Under the pieces are notes generated by a model that did no database searches, was not told where the DNA came from, and saw only the letters and a program-made list of their open reading frames with translations. A stretch of DNA of 64,000 nt from Selaginella moellendorffii (lineage: Eukaryota; Plantae; Lycopodiophyta), in assembly GCF_000143415.4 (NCBI RefSeq), contig NW_003314366.1:540568-604567 (forward strand), read 5' to 3'. A program made the translations under genes and the position numbers. This document shows positions 50,723 to 64,000 of the stretch, one piece after another (position 1 is the first letter of the stretch; each line of letters starts with the position of its first letter).

Positions 50723-53700
50723 CCTCCACATGTCATGTGTTGATCCTTTTGGGTCCCTTTTTGGAGCCTCGCCTATGGCTCGCTTCGTGCTCATTCCTCG
50801 AGCACTTCGTTGGGAGTTTCACTCCCGCTCTTGACTTTTCAAGTCGGAGCTTTTGGTCCAAACGTGTTACGCTCGTTTGGCTCTCGCTTCGGCCACTACC
50901 ACGTGGCACCCTTCCGGCTCCACTTTGGGGCCTAGGGATTTTGTGTCTCACAACTCCACCACCCATAGACGAAGTTCGATGTCCTCATCGAACGGTAAAC
51001 CATTTTATAAAGTAACACCCGCATGTGTTACCATTTCCATCCTTGGCACCTAGCCAACATTCGTCAATGGTTTGACATTGAAGGCTCACCATGCCTTCTC
51101 CATACTCGTCAATGGTTTGACACCAAAGGCTCACCATGCCTTGCCCATCCTCTAAGGGGAGTAGTCTCTTCAACTTAGAGATTGATTAGACCATATGCAG
51201 TGGTTCTCTCCTTTTATTGATTTAGGTTTTGCTCAACCTCTTAGAGACCCTTCTCTAAGTCAATACCACTACTCCTTCTCGAGTAGTCTCAATTTCCATT
51301 GATTGAACATTTGCACCTTGGAACTTTTACTCTTTGACTTCTGGACGACAATTCTCTAGGTGTCTCCAACACCTTGCATTGCACATATTGTGCAACTCCA
51401 CTCCCTCATCCTAGGAAGTTCTCTACTTGAGGGCACCATCATCCTCTCTTCTATTTTGTGCCACCTTGGGCACTAAGTTCCAGTTATCATACTTTGTGCT
51501 AGGGCTGTCCATGGCCCTATGGCTACCTTGCCGCTCCCTCACTTGGAGCTTTTACTTCGCCAAATTGGAGCACTTTGGAATCCATCCTTGGAAACACACT
51601 TCCTTTCCCGCAATTTGTTAGCGTCCAACACATTAGTGTTCCTCGCCTAACTTTGCCACTTGGATTCCTTCCAAGGGATTCCATGGCCCTATCTTGGCCA
51701 CTCATCTTTTGCTCCTATCCATTGATTGTTGCATCAAGCAACACAGGATCACTACCTCCCTCCTTGAGGTATTCTTTTGGTTCCATGGCAAAGCTCCACT
51801 TTGCTAAGTCCAGAGGGTGCTCACCCCTAGTAGATCTCTTTAGCATTTTCTGCTATAGGCCCCGTCCACGGCCCAACTTTGTGACCCTCCTATGGGTCTC
51901 TCCTAGAGACTACTTTCCTTGGACACACTATGCCATCGCAATGACATAGCTCATTCCCCTAAGGTGCTTTTCCCACTTGGTCACCTTGACCAAGCCACAC
52001 CATCATCAATAGTTCAAATCAACGCTTTGAACTAGGAACCTTATTCCTTAACCCCAAACAAAGACCTTGTCCTTATCTAGCCACAAGATCACCTAGTGAT
52101 CTCACCTCGGCACCTTAACAGGTTTGCCAATAGGTACTAGGTCTTCCAGACCTTTAACTTGTTAACTACAACCCCGGGGGCATCCCCCACACTTGGCGGT
52201 GCGCCCAAGCCAGCCCTTCCGGCCAAGGGTCCATAGCAACTGAGACTGGGTGTCCCCATCTTATTCACCACGTCCTTGGTGCCACTTGCACCAAAGTGTT
52301 CAAGTTAGATATGCTGAGCCACACTAAACAATCTAACCGTGCATCACGACTCCGAGGCATCCCTCGCTTGGCGGTGTGCCCAAACCAGTCTCCCCACTGA
52401 GAGTCCATGACCACCGAAATATGAGTGTCCCCATATTCCAAACCATCACCTCGCCCTAGTGATTTGGGACTCGAACCCAAGCACTAGAGGGTCGGGACTC
52501 GAACCCAACCTCCGTATATGCATCTACGGACGGCATCACACAAGATGCCTAGCGTGACTCCCCACGCCGGTGCACCAACCTATATTTAAAGCGCGCTATA
52601 GATCACAACTTAGGAACGTAGTTCCTCCGCACTGCCAAGTCCTCTCACTTGACAAGCCTGTGATCATGCATGGACTCCTCCATGCTCGGCCCCATGGGCC
52701 ACCCCTTTGAAGTTGGCTCCTTCAACTAGGGTATTCGTTCCCCCCGACTTGCCAATCTAACTTAGCAAGTCATCCGGCCACCATAACATGGTTCATGCAT
52801 AAGCGTGAAAGTCCTTAACCATCGACTTTTGTTCAAAGCCTTCTCTTTGAACACTCGGGAACTACTTCCCTAATCTTGCTAGCCTCGCCTCCCGGCAAGC
52901 TTCAAGACTACGCTTCTGCTGCGCCACTCTGATTTCGCGCGTTCTATGAACCATTTACACTTGGCCTTTCTAGGTACTAAGCTACCTAGAATCGTCTTTG
53001 GGAACCTTGAAGGACCTCTGTCCCTTAGCTTGCTAAGGCCTCCCTTTTTGCAAGCTTTCCAATTGCCACATAGTCTAACATGGACAATTCCATATTTTAG
53101 ACTCTCCATGGCATCACGGTTGCTAGCGGCAACACCCTCACGCCCCCACTTGATTCTCCACTCCCAGCTGGCATAACCAACCTTGGTTATGCCCTTTGAT
53201 TCCTGTGGTTTGGTTCTATCCCCTTACTTCTTGCTTTTGGCTTTACACCTTTCCTTCGGTCATTCTCCTCCAGACCAGGAGGATAGCTTTGCACTTTCTA
53301 TCATGCCTTAGCAAGTATCCTTAGGGATGAACCTACCCAATAGCCCATGGAGTGGTTCCTCAATCCGGGTATGCTCACCTTATAATCCCACACACTGGGA
53401 TTACATTGTTGTTTATGGGCCTTTACATGCCCATCACTAGCCTTGCCAAAATTCCATTTTTGGCTTTGTCCAACTCGGGTAGACAGTCCTCTCCTGTCTC
53501 CACAACCTTGGACATTTGGATAGCACCTTCTATCCATCATTCGCTAGGGACTTAGTCCCTTGGGCCTTATCCATTGCCCTCGCGACATCAAACACCACCT
53601 TCTGGTGTTCTAGAGTGTTCGGGTGTCCCAATGATGGTCTCCTGACAATGAGCATTCCTATTTACGACATTGACTTACTATTTTGCAACTTAAGCAATTT

Positions 53701-56700
53701 ATCCCCCGTAAGGGTATATCTAACTTCCTTATGCCATTAAGAAGTCTTTGGTAGCTACCTTCTACCCATTTAACCAATTATCTTGCACCTCTTGCTTAGT
53801 TGCCCCATAATGGTCAAGTCCTACAACTCATTGCTTGGTGCTTCCACACCTCCATCATTATCCGGGTCACCACACTCTAACCGCATGCCTTCCAGCTTAG
53901 GCCATGCCATTCCCGCTTCCGTTGGGATTCCCTTGGCAAGGGGTTCTCATGAACCCACCATCATAACCTCAAGGTATCACACCTTGGCACATTTGGTGTC
54001 TCCACACCATCGGCTCCACGAGCCTACCTCTAGGACACTACTTATTAGTGTCTAGGTCTCGCCAAGGCCAATATAGTTGTTTCTTATGCCAATTATCCAT
54101 TAGCATTGCACCATAGTGTTTGCACCCAACTCTGGGCCAAAGTTGCTTTCTTTTGGGAGCATCTTTCCCACAACTTTAGCATGGCACATTCTGCCATCAC
54201 TGAGATACCTACTGTTCTCATACTTGGATCTTATGATCCTCCCCATATCTCATGGGGCACCATACACCTCAGTCCAAATGCTTCAACCAATCCCTTAGGA
54301 CCGTTTCTTGACTCCACTTGAGTCATCCAGCATTTTAGACTTTGCTAATCCAACGACCTGCGAGGTCTTGGTCTTCGAGGTGCCAACTTGCTGGAATACC
54401 ACTTCTTGTATTCAGGTCCTGCTCACAAGGACCATCTTTGCAAGTGTTCCTCCGACACTTGTTTTGTTCTCTTGGGCAACCTTTTGCCCCTTAGGACCAC
54501 TTGTCCATGTGATGAGAATACTAACTCATCCTTTGAGTACACCCCAACTCCTTGGGTTGTTCCAGCATTTATTAGAGGTAGCCCCGGCTACCATTTCGAG
54601 GACTCGTGTCCTCATCCCTACTTGACCTCTCACGGTCATCCGTTCCGGTCTCACCTTCATGAGCACCAGCCTCAACCATGTGAGGATAAACTTGTGACTC
54701 CTTTATTGTTTTGGAGTCTCTATCTTTCCCGTGATCCCAACTATAGTTATTTACCATAACTATATTAGCCAGTTTGCTAAGTCAAACGCTCATCTGGATC
54801 ACATCCTCAACTCAATGAGGAAAACCTTGCACTGTTCCCAAGATCCCAAAGTCGTTCCATTATTGGCCCTTTTCTATCCACCACCTTGTCTACAAGTTCA
54901 CACATGAACTGTAATGGAGAGCCATGTCTTCCCGACCTGCTACTCCTCAAGGATAGGCCCACTCCTCGGACCTTCCAATGCCAACACCAGTGGTGATATA
55001 CTTGAGCACCAATAAAAGTCGGACTAAGGAACAGCTCCGATACCAAATTGTAAGTGACTAAATTTTCCATTCTACTTTAGTCACTTAACCACACCTCCGA
55101 CCACTTGGAGGAGTCTCATTCACAACCTCCATAAGTCCAATCCAGGACTTGGGACTTGCTAGCCCCGAGAATGGCATCCATACCACTCAACATTTGCACT
55201 TGGTCCAAGTGCTCCACGTGTCCGATCCCATGACCGACACTCAAAGGTACCACTGACATGGCAGCCCGTTACGCTAAGGCCATGCCCAATCACCTTTGCC
55301 ACACTGGTAGTCCATTACCACTTGCATCACAGTCTTGGCTCTCCAAGACTAGGCAAACCATCCGTGAGTGGTCATCTGAGATCCACTCCTTAGCATCCTT
55401 AGGATGCCCACCGACATGGGGATTAGCCTTCCCCAATATCTCCATTCCAATCCCCACTAAGTCCCTTTGTGTCCATGGCCGTGTTCGCCAACACTGCCAC
55501 TGGATCGAGGCCCACCGGCCCGACCACTAAGTCCCACGGTCCTCTGGGACTTCCTCACCACACGACTGTGTCCTTGGTCACTACCCCAGAGGACTGCTCC
55601 TCTTCCTTTCCACAGTCTGGGCCTTTGGGACAACATTTCGGAACACCGTGGCCTTACGCGAGCCACCTGGGTACTCTCCTCGCCTTCTGCCCTTGGGTGC
55701 TCTAGCCATGGGCTTAGAGCGAGGTTCCATTGAGCCACGCCTGGTATCCAAGTAGGTAGTGCCACCCACACTTGGACTGGGAGCATCGGCCAGTCGATCT
55801 CCCGGGGGAACTAGAGCCGGCTCTTGAACACTTCACCAAGCTACCCCGCTTGTCGGTCCGTATTCACTCTAGTCTTGGACTTCCCAGTGGTCAGCTCATC
55901 ACCCAACACTGGGTCTGGCCTTCCTGGGCCCAACTGGCCTTTCCTGGGCCAAACTGGCCTTTCCTGGCCAAACTGGCTCCACTAGGCTCCAACCCCCACA
56001 CTCTCCCTACTATACTTTTGGAACCCCCCGCAGCCCCCCCCCCCCCCTGGGAGACGCACGCTTTGGGCTTTCACCCCTTGACCCGTATTAGTATTTGGAC
56101 TTAGTCTCTGGCTCAATCTCGGATCCGATTTCGGATCCGACTTCGGATTCGGTCTCGGACTTGATCTCAGTCCCGGTTCCATCTCGGACTCCATCTCGGG
56201 TCCATCTCGGACTCCATCTCGGACTCCATCTCGGGTCCATCTCGGACTCCATCTCGGGTCCATCTCGGACTCTATCTCAGGTCCATCTCGGACTCCATCT
56301 CGGGTCCATCTCGGACTCCATCTCGGACTCCATCTCGGGTCCATCTCGGACTCCATCTCAGACTCCATCTCGGGTCCATCTCGGGTCCATCTCGGGTCCA
56401 TCTCGGACTCCATCTCGGACTCCATCTCGGACTCCATATCGGACTCCATCTCGGACTCCGTCTCGGACTCCATATCGGACTCCATCTCGGGTCCATCTCG
56501 GACTCCTCCACGTGTCATGTGTTGATCCTTTTGGGTCCCTTTTTGGAGCCTCGCCTATGGCTCGCTTCGTGCTCATTCCTCGAGCACTTCGTTGGGAGTT
56601 TCACTCCCGCTCTTGACTTTTCAAGTCGGAGCTTTTGGTCCAAACGGGTTACGCTCGTTTGGCTCTCGCTTCGGCCATTACCACGTGGCGCCCTTCCGGC

Positions 56701-57895
56701 TCCACTTTGGGGCCTAGGGATTTTGTGTTTAACACCCCCGCCCCCCCCCCCCCACCCTCGCCGCCCGCTGAGGGACAATTGCTTTGGGCTTTCATCCAAC
56801 AGCCTGTATTAGTACTCAAATTTGGACTTGCACTCGGACTCAGACTTGGTCTCGGTCTCGGTCTCAATCTCGGTCTCAGTCTCAATCTCAATCTCATTCT
56901 TGATCTCGATCTCAGTTCCACCTCGGGTCCATCTCAAACTCCATCTTGGACTCTATCCCGGGTACATCTCAGACTCCATCTCAGACTCTATCTTGGGTCC
57001 ATCTTGACACTTTCACGTGTCATATGTTAGTCCTTTTGTGTCCATTTGCTAGAGACTTACTTATTGCTCACTTTGTGCTCATTCCTTAACCACTTTGTTG
57101 AGAGTTTTACTCTTGCTATTGACTTTTCAAATCAAAACTTTTAATCCCAATATGTTATACTCGTTTGGCTTTCACTTCGGCCATTACCACATGGCAACCT
57201 TTTAACTCCACTTTTAATGCTTTGGGATTTGTGCCTCACACTTAAGACTTTAGTTAGTAGATTGTATGATGTGGCATAAAAGGGATTTTGACTTTTGTGG
57301 CTAAGGCAATTGAGTTAAATAAAGTTTAAAGTTGGCATAAAAAAGTGGCTATTGCAATTTTCTAGAAAAGTGACCCTTGTGCTTTTCTTCTATGGTATCA
57401 TGTTTGGTTGTTGGCTATAACTTTGTATCATTGGCATTCGTGCATTTATTAGTTAACGATTATGTATAACCCATAAATTTTCTTTTACGAATTTGTTAAT
57501 TTATTTTGTCTATCCAACCACTTTTGCCTTCGCTTTCACTAAGCTCCTTTACCATGGTTCCTGCTTATTATACCAACTCCTGCTTGATCCTACATAGGTT
57601 TAACTATTTACTGTATGAACAATAGAGTGTTAGCCAACTCTTAACAGGTTCCCAAACTCTCTCCCAATCCCCTTCCCTATGTTAGACTAAAATTAAAGTT
57701 CGATTACATTCCTTACAAGCACAAAAAACTAAGTATACCAAACCTCTAAATTCCTAATATCCCATGGTATGCAAGATTTGAATATAGTACCCTTTAGATC
57801 CCAAACTTTAGGTGCATCTCTTAGTTCGAAAGGAAGGCACAATCTCCTAAAAAGGGGCAAAGATCAATGAGCCTCATGGTACTCAAATGGGGCAT

Positions 57896-59375
57896 TGTGA
57901 GACACAAAATCCCTAGGTCTCAAAGTGGAGCCTAAAGGGTGCCACATGGTAGTGGCTGAGGTAGAAGCCAAATGAGCATATCATATTTGGACTAAAAGCT
58001 CCGACTTAAAATGTCAAGAGCAGGAGTGGAACTCCCAACGAAGTGCTCAAGAAACAAGCACAAAGTGAGCAATAAGTGAGTCTCTAGAAAAGGGACACAA
58101 GACACATGGAAAAGTCTAAGATGGAGTCCAAGATGGACCTGAGATGGGGTCTGAGATGGCCCTAAGATGGAGTCTAAGATGGACCCGAGATGGACCCGAG
58201 GTGGAGTCCAATATGGAGTCTGAGATGGACCCGAGATGGAGTCCCAGATGGACCTGAGATAGAGTCTGAGATGGACCCAAGATGGATTCCGAGATGGACC
58301 CGAGATGGAGTCTGAGATGAAGTCCGAGGTGGACCCGAGATGGAGTCCGAAATAGACTCGAGATGGAGTCTGAGATGGACCTGAAATGGAGTCTAAGATG
58401 GACCCAATATAGAGTTTGAGGGGTTGCAAGGGGTTCCAAAAGTATAGTAGGGAGAGTATGGGGGTTGGACCTAATGGGGCCAAGAAAGGCTAGTGTGACC
58501 CAGGAAGATTATGCTTGCGTGCTGGGTGATGATATATTCACTAAAGAGTCCAAAGCTAGAGTGAATACAGACAAACAAATGGGGTAGCTTGATGAAGTGT
58601 TTAAAAGTCGGCTCTAGTTCCCCCAGGAAGTCGAATGGTCGATGCTCCCAGTTCAAACATGGGTGGCACTACCTACTTAGATACCTGCCGTGGCTCAACA
58701 GAACCTCACTCTAACCCCATGGCTAGAGCACCCAAAGGTGGAAGGTGGGGAGAGTACCCATGAAGCTCGCATAGAGCCATGGTGTTCCGATATGTTGTCT
58801 TGAAGTCCCAGATGGTGGAAAGGAAGAGGGGCAATCCTCTAGGGTAATGACCAAGGATATGGTCATATGGTGAGGAAATCCCAAAGGACAGTGAGACTTA
58901 GTGGTCGAGCCAGTGGGCCTTGACCCAATGGCAGTGTTGGCAAACACGGCTATGGATTGAAAAGAACTTAGTGGGGACTGAAAAAGGGATATTGGGGAAC
59001 GCTATTCCCCATGTTTGCAAGTATCTTAAAGATGTTAAGGAGTGGATCTGGGATGTCCACTCATGGACGGATGGCCCAGTCTTGAGAGATCGGATTGTGA
59101 TGCAGGTGGTATTGAACCACTAGTGTGGCAAAGGTGAATGGGCATGGCCTTAGCGTAACGGGCCGATATGTCAATGGTACCTTTGGGTGTTGGTCATGGG
59201 ATCAGACACATGAAGCACTTGGACTAACTGCAAAAGTTGAGTGGCATGGATGCCATTCTCAGGGTTAGCAAGCCCTAAGTCTAGAATAGGACTTATGGAG
59301 GTTGCAAATGAAACTCCTCCAAGTGATCAGGGGTGTAGTTTGACTAATGTAGAATGGAAAATTTAAAAGCTTATA
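57896..59375 (+). mobile_element. Family B solo LTR inserted in the A3 LTR
   Basis: TGTGAGACAC...CTTATA with TSD GGCAT. Confidence 0.88.
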
Positions 59376-62300
59376 GGCATTACTCCACCTAAGCCAAGAG
59401 CACCACAAATAGTTTCCCTTCTAGGAGTAAGAAATGTTTTTAAACACTTCCTTAAGGAACCTCTCTATCACTCATGAAGTCTATGCTCTCCCACTCAAGG
59501 CTACTAACCCTTAATCCCAATCCCAACTTGGTTTGGAAGCACCACTAGAGAGTTCCTTTAAGACTAAGTCCTTATCCTCACTATCCCTACTATACTTTTA
59601 GAACCTACCACAACTCACCCTCCCCCCCCCCACCACAAGGGGATAATCACTTTAGGCAACTTGTATTAGTATTTGAACTCAATCTTAGACTCAATCTCAA
59701 ACTTGGTCTCAAATTTGGTCTTAGACCTGATCTCAGATCTTATACTCAATCTAGGACTCAATCTTGTACTCAGTCTCATCCGATGAACTTTTTATTATTT
59801 AAATTGTGGTTTTGAGGATCCTTTAACATATGACACCTTGGGGAGTTGGTTCTCTACAACTCCACCACCCATAGAAAAAGTTTGATACCCACATCAAACG
59901 TACCTATTCAAACCTACAACTTGTTAGCATGGCTTCAAGGGCATTCCCCCACTTAGTAATGTGCCTAAATCAGCTTCTCTAACTAAAAACTTATAGCAAC
60001 AAGATATAGGTGTCCTTATACCCCTCACCTCACATTTCCTTAATAGAGGGTTGGGACTTAAACCTAACCTTGCTTTACTAAAGGGTTAGAACTTGAACAC
60101 AACCTCCATAAAATATATCTATGGATTTGATATCTTCTCAGGGAGTCAAGTGTAGTTCCCTACACTTGGTTGACTTAACTAAACCCTTGCGAATTAGTTT
60201 ACCTTCAGCATGCCTTCGGAACTCAATATTGGACATTCCTCAATTTCATAAATTGATACTTTAATTAAACTTTGTATAAGTACACAAAGTTCTACCTTGC
60301 AAAAATTCCTTTACTAAATCTTAAGCATTCACTAGGTTCTCTTTTGCTTCCCATGTTGCTTTATAGAATGGAAACTCTTTCCACCTCACATAAAACTCTT
60401 TCACCTCATGTCCTTGTCGCTTACTCCTATGTGTATTGAGGATGGCCTTGACTTTATATTTCTCCTCCCCTTGGATAATCTCAGGTAAAAGTCTCACTTA
60501 GCCTTTATGAAGTGGGTCCTCAAAATATAACTTGAGTAAGTTGATGTGGAACATTGAGTGCATCCTCTTTATTTCCCGGGGAAGCTTGAGACAATAAACC
60601 ACCTTACCAATTTAGTCCTCAATTTCATAAGGCCTTACGAACCTACTTAAAGAACTTAAGATCACTTCATTTCAAAAATACATACACTTTACTTTTGGGT
60701 CCATTTTTTGTTGATCCCATTTGGTAACATTAGATTCTTGGTGTTTAACTATACCTTCTCCCTAAGTTGGAACTCTAGATCTTTGTGCTTTTGGTTTGTA
60801 TATTTCATTTGCCTTTGTTGAGCCCATTCTAAGAAATCCTTCACCAAATTCCAAATGTTGAGTCTTTCTTGGGAAGTTATTAATGGGTGAGTTATTTAAA
60901 GTCCCGTGGAACTCAATGTCATCGAGTATTATGGAGAGTTACCCGCAATGGAGGCATTCACAACTGGACTCACCCCAATACTCAAATGTGGTGAGTTGTT
61001 ATAGAATATTTCTATAAATCCTAAACGACTTACCCAATTAGTCTAATCTCTAGAGACATAAAATTGCAAATAATCCTTTAGTTGCCTATTCACCCTTTTT
61101 GTTTATCCATCTGTCAAGAAGTGTTATTTCGGCCGCTATAGCCTCCGTAACCTAAAATTTCAGCTCGAAACACTTGACTTAATACTTATTACATGTCTGT
61201 GGGTGATAGGTTGTGCTAAATTTCAGTTTGGTACAATATTGCTCCAAGAGAGTTCTCTAAAACTTGCTAGTGAAAATCTTATCTCAATTTAAGATGATTT
61301 TTTCTACCCTTCCCCGCACTCGAATCACTTGGTTGAAGAATAATTTTGCCACACCTTTGGCATCCACTTCTTACATTTATATGAAATCTCACAATCGAAC
61401 TTGGCAAAAGCATTGATCCATTGACCTTGTTTCCCTCAAATGTTGAGCTATAACAAAAAGTGTTTTGTTGCCACATTATTCATGTATACCTTGAAGTGTC
61501 TCCCAAGGTAATGTCACCACTCTTTAAGTGCTTTGACCACCACAAATAATTCCTTTCAAAGGCAAGCCACCTTTGTTGAGCTTTATCTAACTTCTTCAAG
61601 AAAAACACCATTGGGTGATTGTCTTACTTCAATACTGTGCCCAACCAAAGTCTAAAACATCCATTTCTACCTCAAAATTCTTACCAAAGTTTGGTAATAT
61701 CAACATGGGAGCTTTCCTTAATTTCTTTTTGGTATATTTGGTCTATTTGGTATATTAAAGGTAGAGTTACTCTTGAATATTGTTTGATGAACTTTTAATA
61801 GTAGTTACATAACCCCAATAATGCCTTTAATTCATGTATGTTTGATGGTTGTTCCCATTTTTAAATTGTTTAGACCTTCTCAAGGTCCACTTTAAATTTG
61901 TCCTTGCCCACTACATGCCTAAGAAATTTTACCTTTTATTGAGTAAAGTTACATGTGCTTTCTTTAGTATACAATTTATGTTTTTTTAGTTTTTTAAACA
62001 CCTTTGTCAAGTGTTCAACATGCTCCTTTAGTGTCTCCCAATAGATTAGGATCTTGTCAATATAAATGACCATAAAGTGATTTAAATAGGGTACAAAAAT
62101 GTGGTTCATTAGTGCCGAGAACATTGTTGGTGCATTATATAGCCCAAAAAACATCACTAGAAACTCAACACTTCTATACTTTATTTAACAAGTTATCTTC
62201 TCAACATCTTCCTCTATTATCTTAATTTGGTAGTATCATGAAGTCAATTCTTGAGAAATATTTTTCTTTTCCCAACCTATCAAACAAGTCCTTAATCCTT

Positions 62301-62645
62301 GGTAAAAGGTACTTGTTTTTCTATGTATACTTATTGAGTAATTAATAGTCTATCTACATATGTATACAGCTATCTTTATTTTTTTTCATAAATAACACTG
62401 GTAACTTGCTCAATTTAATATACCCTTTATCAACTAACTCCTAAAGTTGGCATTTAAGCTCATTGAATTCTTGTTTGTTTAACCAATAGAGGGTAGGTGA
62501 ACCACTATTTTAGCACCATTGAATTCCTATTTGTTTAACCGATAGAGGGTAGGTGAACCATTATTTTAGCATCCTTGACTAACTCAATTTTTTGTTCTAT
62601 TGGTCAGGTAGGGGGTAGTCTTGCTAGTAACTCCTCTAGCATAGT

Positions 62646-63266
62646 TATAAGCTCTTGAATTTAGACTTCCTGAGAGGTCACCCAGCCCAGTACTATTCAA
62701 ACCCAAGGACACTTAACCCTAAGTATCCCAAAACCCTTAACTGATTGGAAAAAAGGGTGCACTTTTATTCATTAACTCTTTCCCTTTATATTTGAATCTA
62801 TATGAATCATTTCTTGAATCATTTCTTGAATCATTTCTCGAATCATTCCTTTTAGTTGCTTACAATCCATCACACTTCTCTACAAGTTCACACCTTCATA
62901 AACAGAAATTGAGAGCCGCAACTTTCTCAAGAGCCTTACTCTCTTGACACTCTACCCCTCAGGTTGAGCCAGCCAAAAGCAAGTTGGACTTACCAAATGT
63001 CAATCTCAACATATGGTATAATTCCCTTCGCCAACCAATAGAGTTGAAACCAAAACCTCTTTGATACCAAATATAAGCTCATGAATTTAAACTTCTCGAG
63101 AGGTTACCCAATTTAGTATTATTCAAACCTAAAGACGCATAATCCCAAATATCCTAAAATACTTAATTGATTGAAAAAGGGGATGCACTTTTATTCATAA
63201 GCCCTTTCCCTCTATATTTAAACCGTTATGGATCGTCTCTTGAATCATTCTATTTAGTCACTTACA
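62646..63266 (-). mobile_element. Cassandra-type TRIM carrying a 5S rRNA-derived segment in its LTRs
   Basis: Short LTRs 62646-62864 and 63072-63266, PBS complement CTCTTGATACCA before 63072, TSD ATAGT/ATGGT. The LTR segment GACTTCCTGAGAGGTCACCCAGCCCAGTACTATTCAAACCCAAGGACACTTAAC matches the reverse complement of the 5S internal control region. Confidence 0.85.
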
Positions 63267-64000
63267 ATGGTATCTTGGAATTATCTGTTAAACCACTAAA
63301 AGCACTTCCTCTGCTCCCATATTTTATCACTCCCTATTGAAAGTAAACACAAAAATGTTGTCCTTTAATGAGTTATCCTCTCATAGACACTAAGTTCAAG
63401 TAGGAGTCTTTAACTTTACATTGCCCTACCTTTAAATCTTAAGCTTCCACCCTAAATCATTCTCCTCAAGCATTTGCCAATATCACTAGGTTTCTACCTT
63501 GTTTATGCAAGGCTACCACAAACTGGTTGAATTAATCCATCCTAAAGATCACGTCAAATCTCGCCATATCTGAAACAGTGAGATCCATGTTCACTTTCTA
63601 TATCCCTACTTTGACTCTTGCTTGTTGAAGTACCTATTAGTGATTTATCTACCTTGAACAAACTCTATAGTCCTTGGTTCTTGCAACCACTACACTGTTA
63701 GTTTAACTTTTCAGACTATGTTTGTAGTCACAAATTATCTAAAGCATCCGTGTCAATAAAGATCTTAACAATGCTACTTCCGAGATTCCCTCATAAGGTT
63801 AATAAATGTCGCAAACGACTCTCTACCAAAGTTACTCATATAATGAATAACTTTGAGCTAAGGACTAGATCACATATATCAATTTGAACTTCACCCAACT
63901 TAATGGCTATATTGACTCTAGCTTTCTTTGGATAAAGGCATTCTCTTGAGAAGTGTCCTACTTCACTGCAATTGAAATATATATTATTCCTCATGCTGCT

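Larger units (their letters stand above)
35619..56734 (-). mobile_element. Young family B non-autonomous LTR element (LARD-like)
   Basis: 5' LTR 55049-56734. 3' LTR 35619-36016 plus 49699-50952, split by the Sola element. The LTRs are near-identical, TSD CCCCC, PBS complement GCTCCGATACCA ~55034-45, PPT complement 50953-66. The 4.1-kb internal region has no long ORF. Confidence 0.9.
25192..57240 (-). mobile_element. Old family B element hosting A2, a younger B copy and the Sola transposon
   Basis: TSD CTTAA (25187-91 / 57241-45). The flanks join into sequence homologous to window positions 1-240. Truncated LTR at 25192-~25520. The other LTR is 34660-35618 plus 56740-57240. Confidence 0.8.
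57465..64000 (-). mobile_element. Decayed chromovirus copy A3 (3' LTR, chromodomain/IN, RT-RH, PR, end of gag), running off the window
   Basis: Colinear with A2 but heavily C>T/G>A mutated. LTR ~57465-57895 plus 59381-59858. Both introns retained. Internal deletion near 61370. Left boundary approximate. Confidence 0.85.

Noticed and set aside
7634-58483. Many ORFs rich in SDSIS / RWSPRW / ESEME / RVRD repeats
   Set aside because: They are translations of 6/11/12-bp tandem arrays inside LTRs, open in several frames on both strands.
62665-62720. 5S rRNA gene
   Set aside because: Only a degenerate ~55-bp internal fragment, duplicated within the LTRs of a TRIM.

Overview
Repeat-dense eukaryotic nuclear DNA from a plant. 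The ~47-57 bp GT-AG introns, Tcn1-like chromoviruses, a Cassandra TRIM and TTTAGGG repeats suggest a seedless land plant; that assignment is inference. The window is almost entirely nested transposons. Family A is a Ty3/Gypsy chromovirus with three copies: A1 16124-23658 (+), A2 26189-33719 (-) and a decayed A3 from ~57465 to the window end (-). Its integrase is split by two conserved spliceosomal introns. Family B is a non-coding LARD-like LTR family with several copies and solo LTRs, and it shares cis-elements with A. There is also a solo LTR of a third family (C) and a 5S-carrying Cassandra element. The most striking object is a 13.7-kb Sola1-like DNA transposon (36017-49694, 24-bp TIRs, CATT TSD). 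Divergent to its transposase it encodes an intact, predicted 11-exon, ~1631-aa protein with a ParB/Srx-like domain, a degenerate beta-class N4C/N6A DNA-methyltransferase-like domain, an acidic tract and an FCP1-like HAD phosphatase. It also carries about 30 copies of a 22-bp palindrome (consensus ATGGCRTGNGGCCWCAYGCCAT) that I saw only inside this element, often within introns. This is a candidate parS/ParB-like self-recognition or anti-silencing system. The only non-TE gene is an AT-rich B-lectin fusion pseudogene at 1534-2385. All domain calls are by-eye motif recognition, not database hits.
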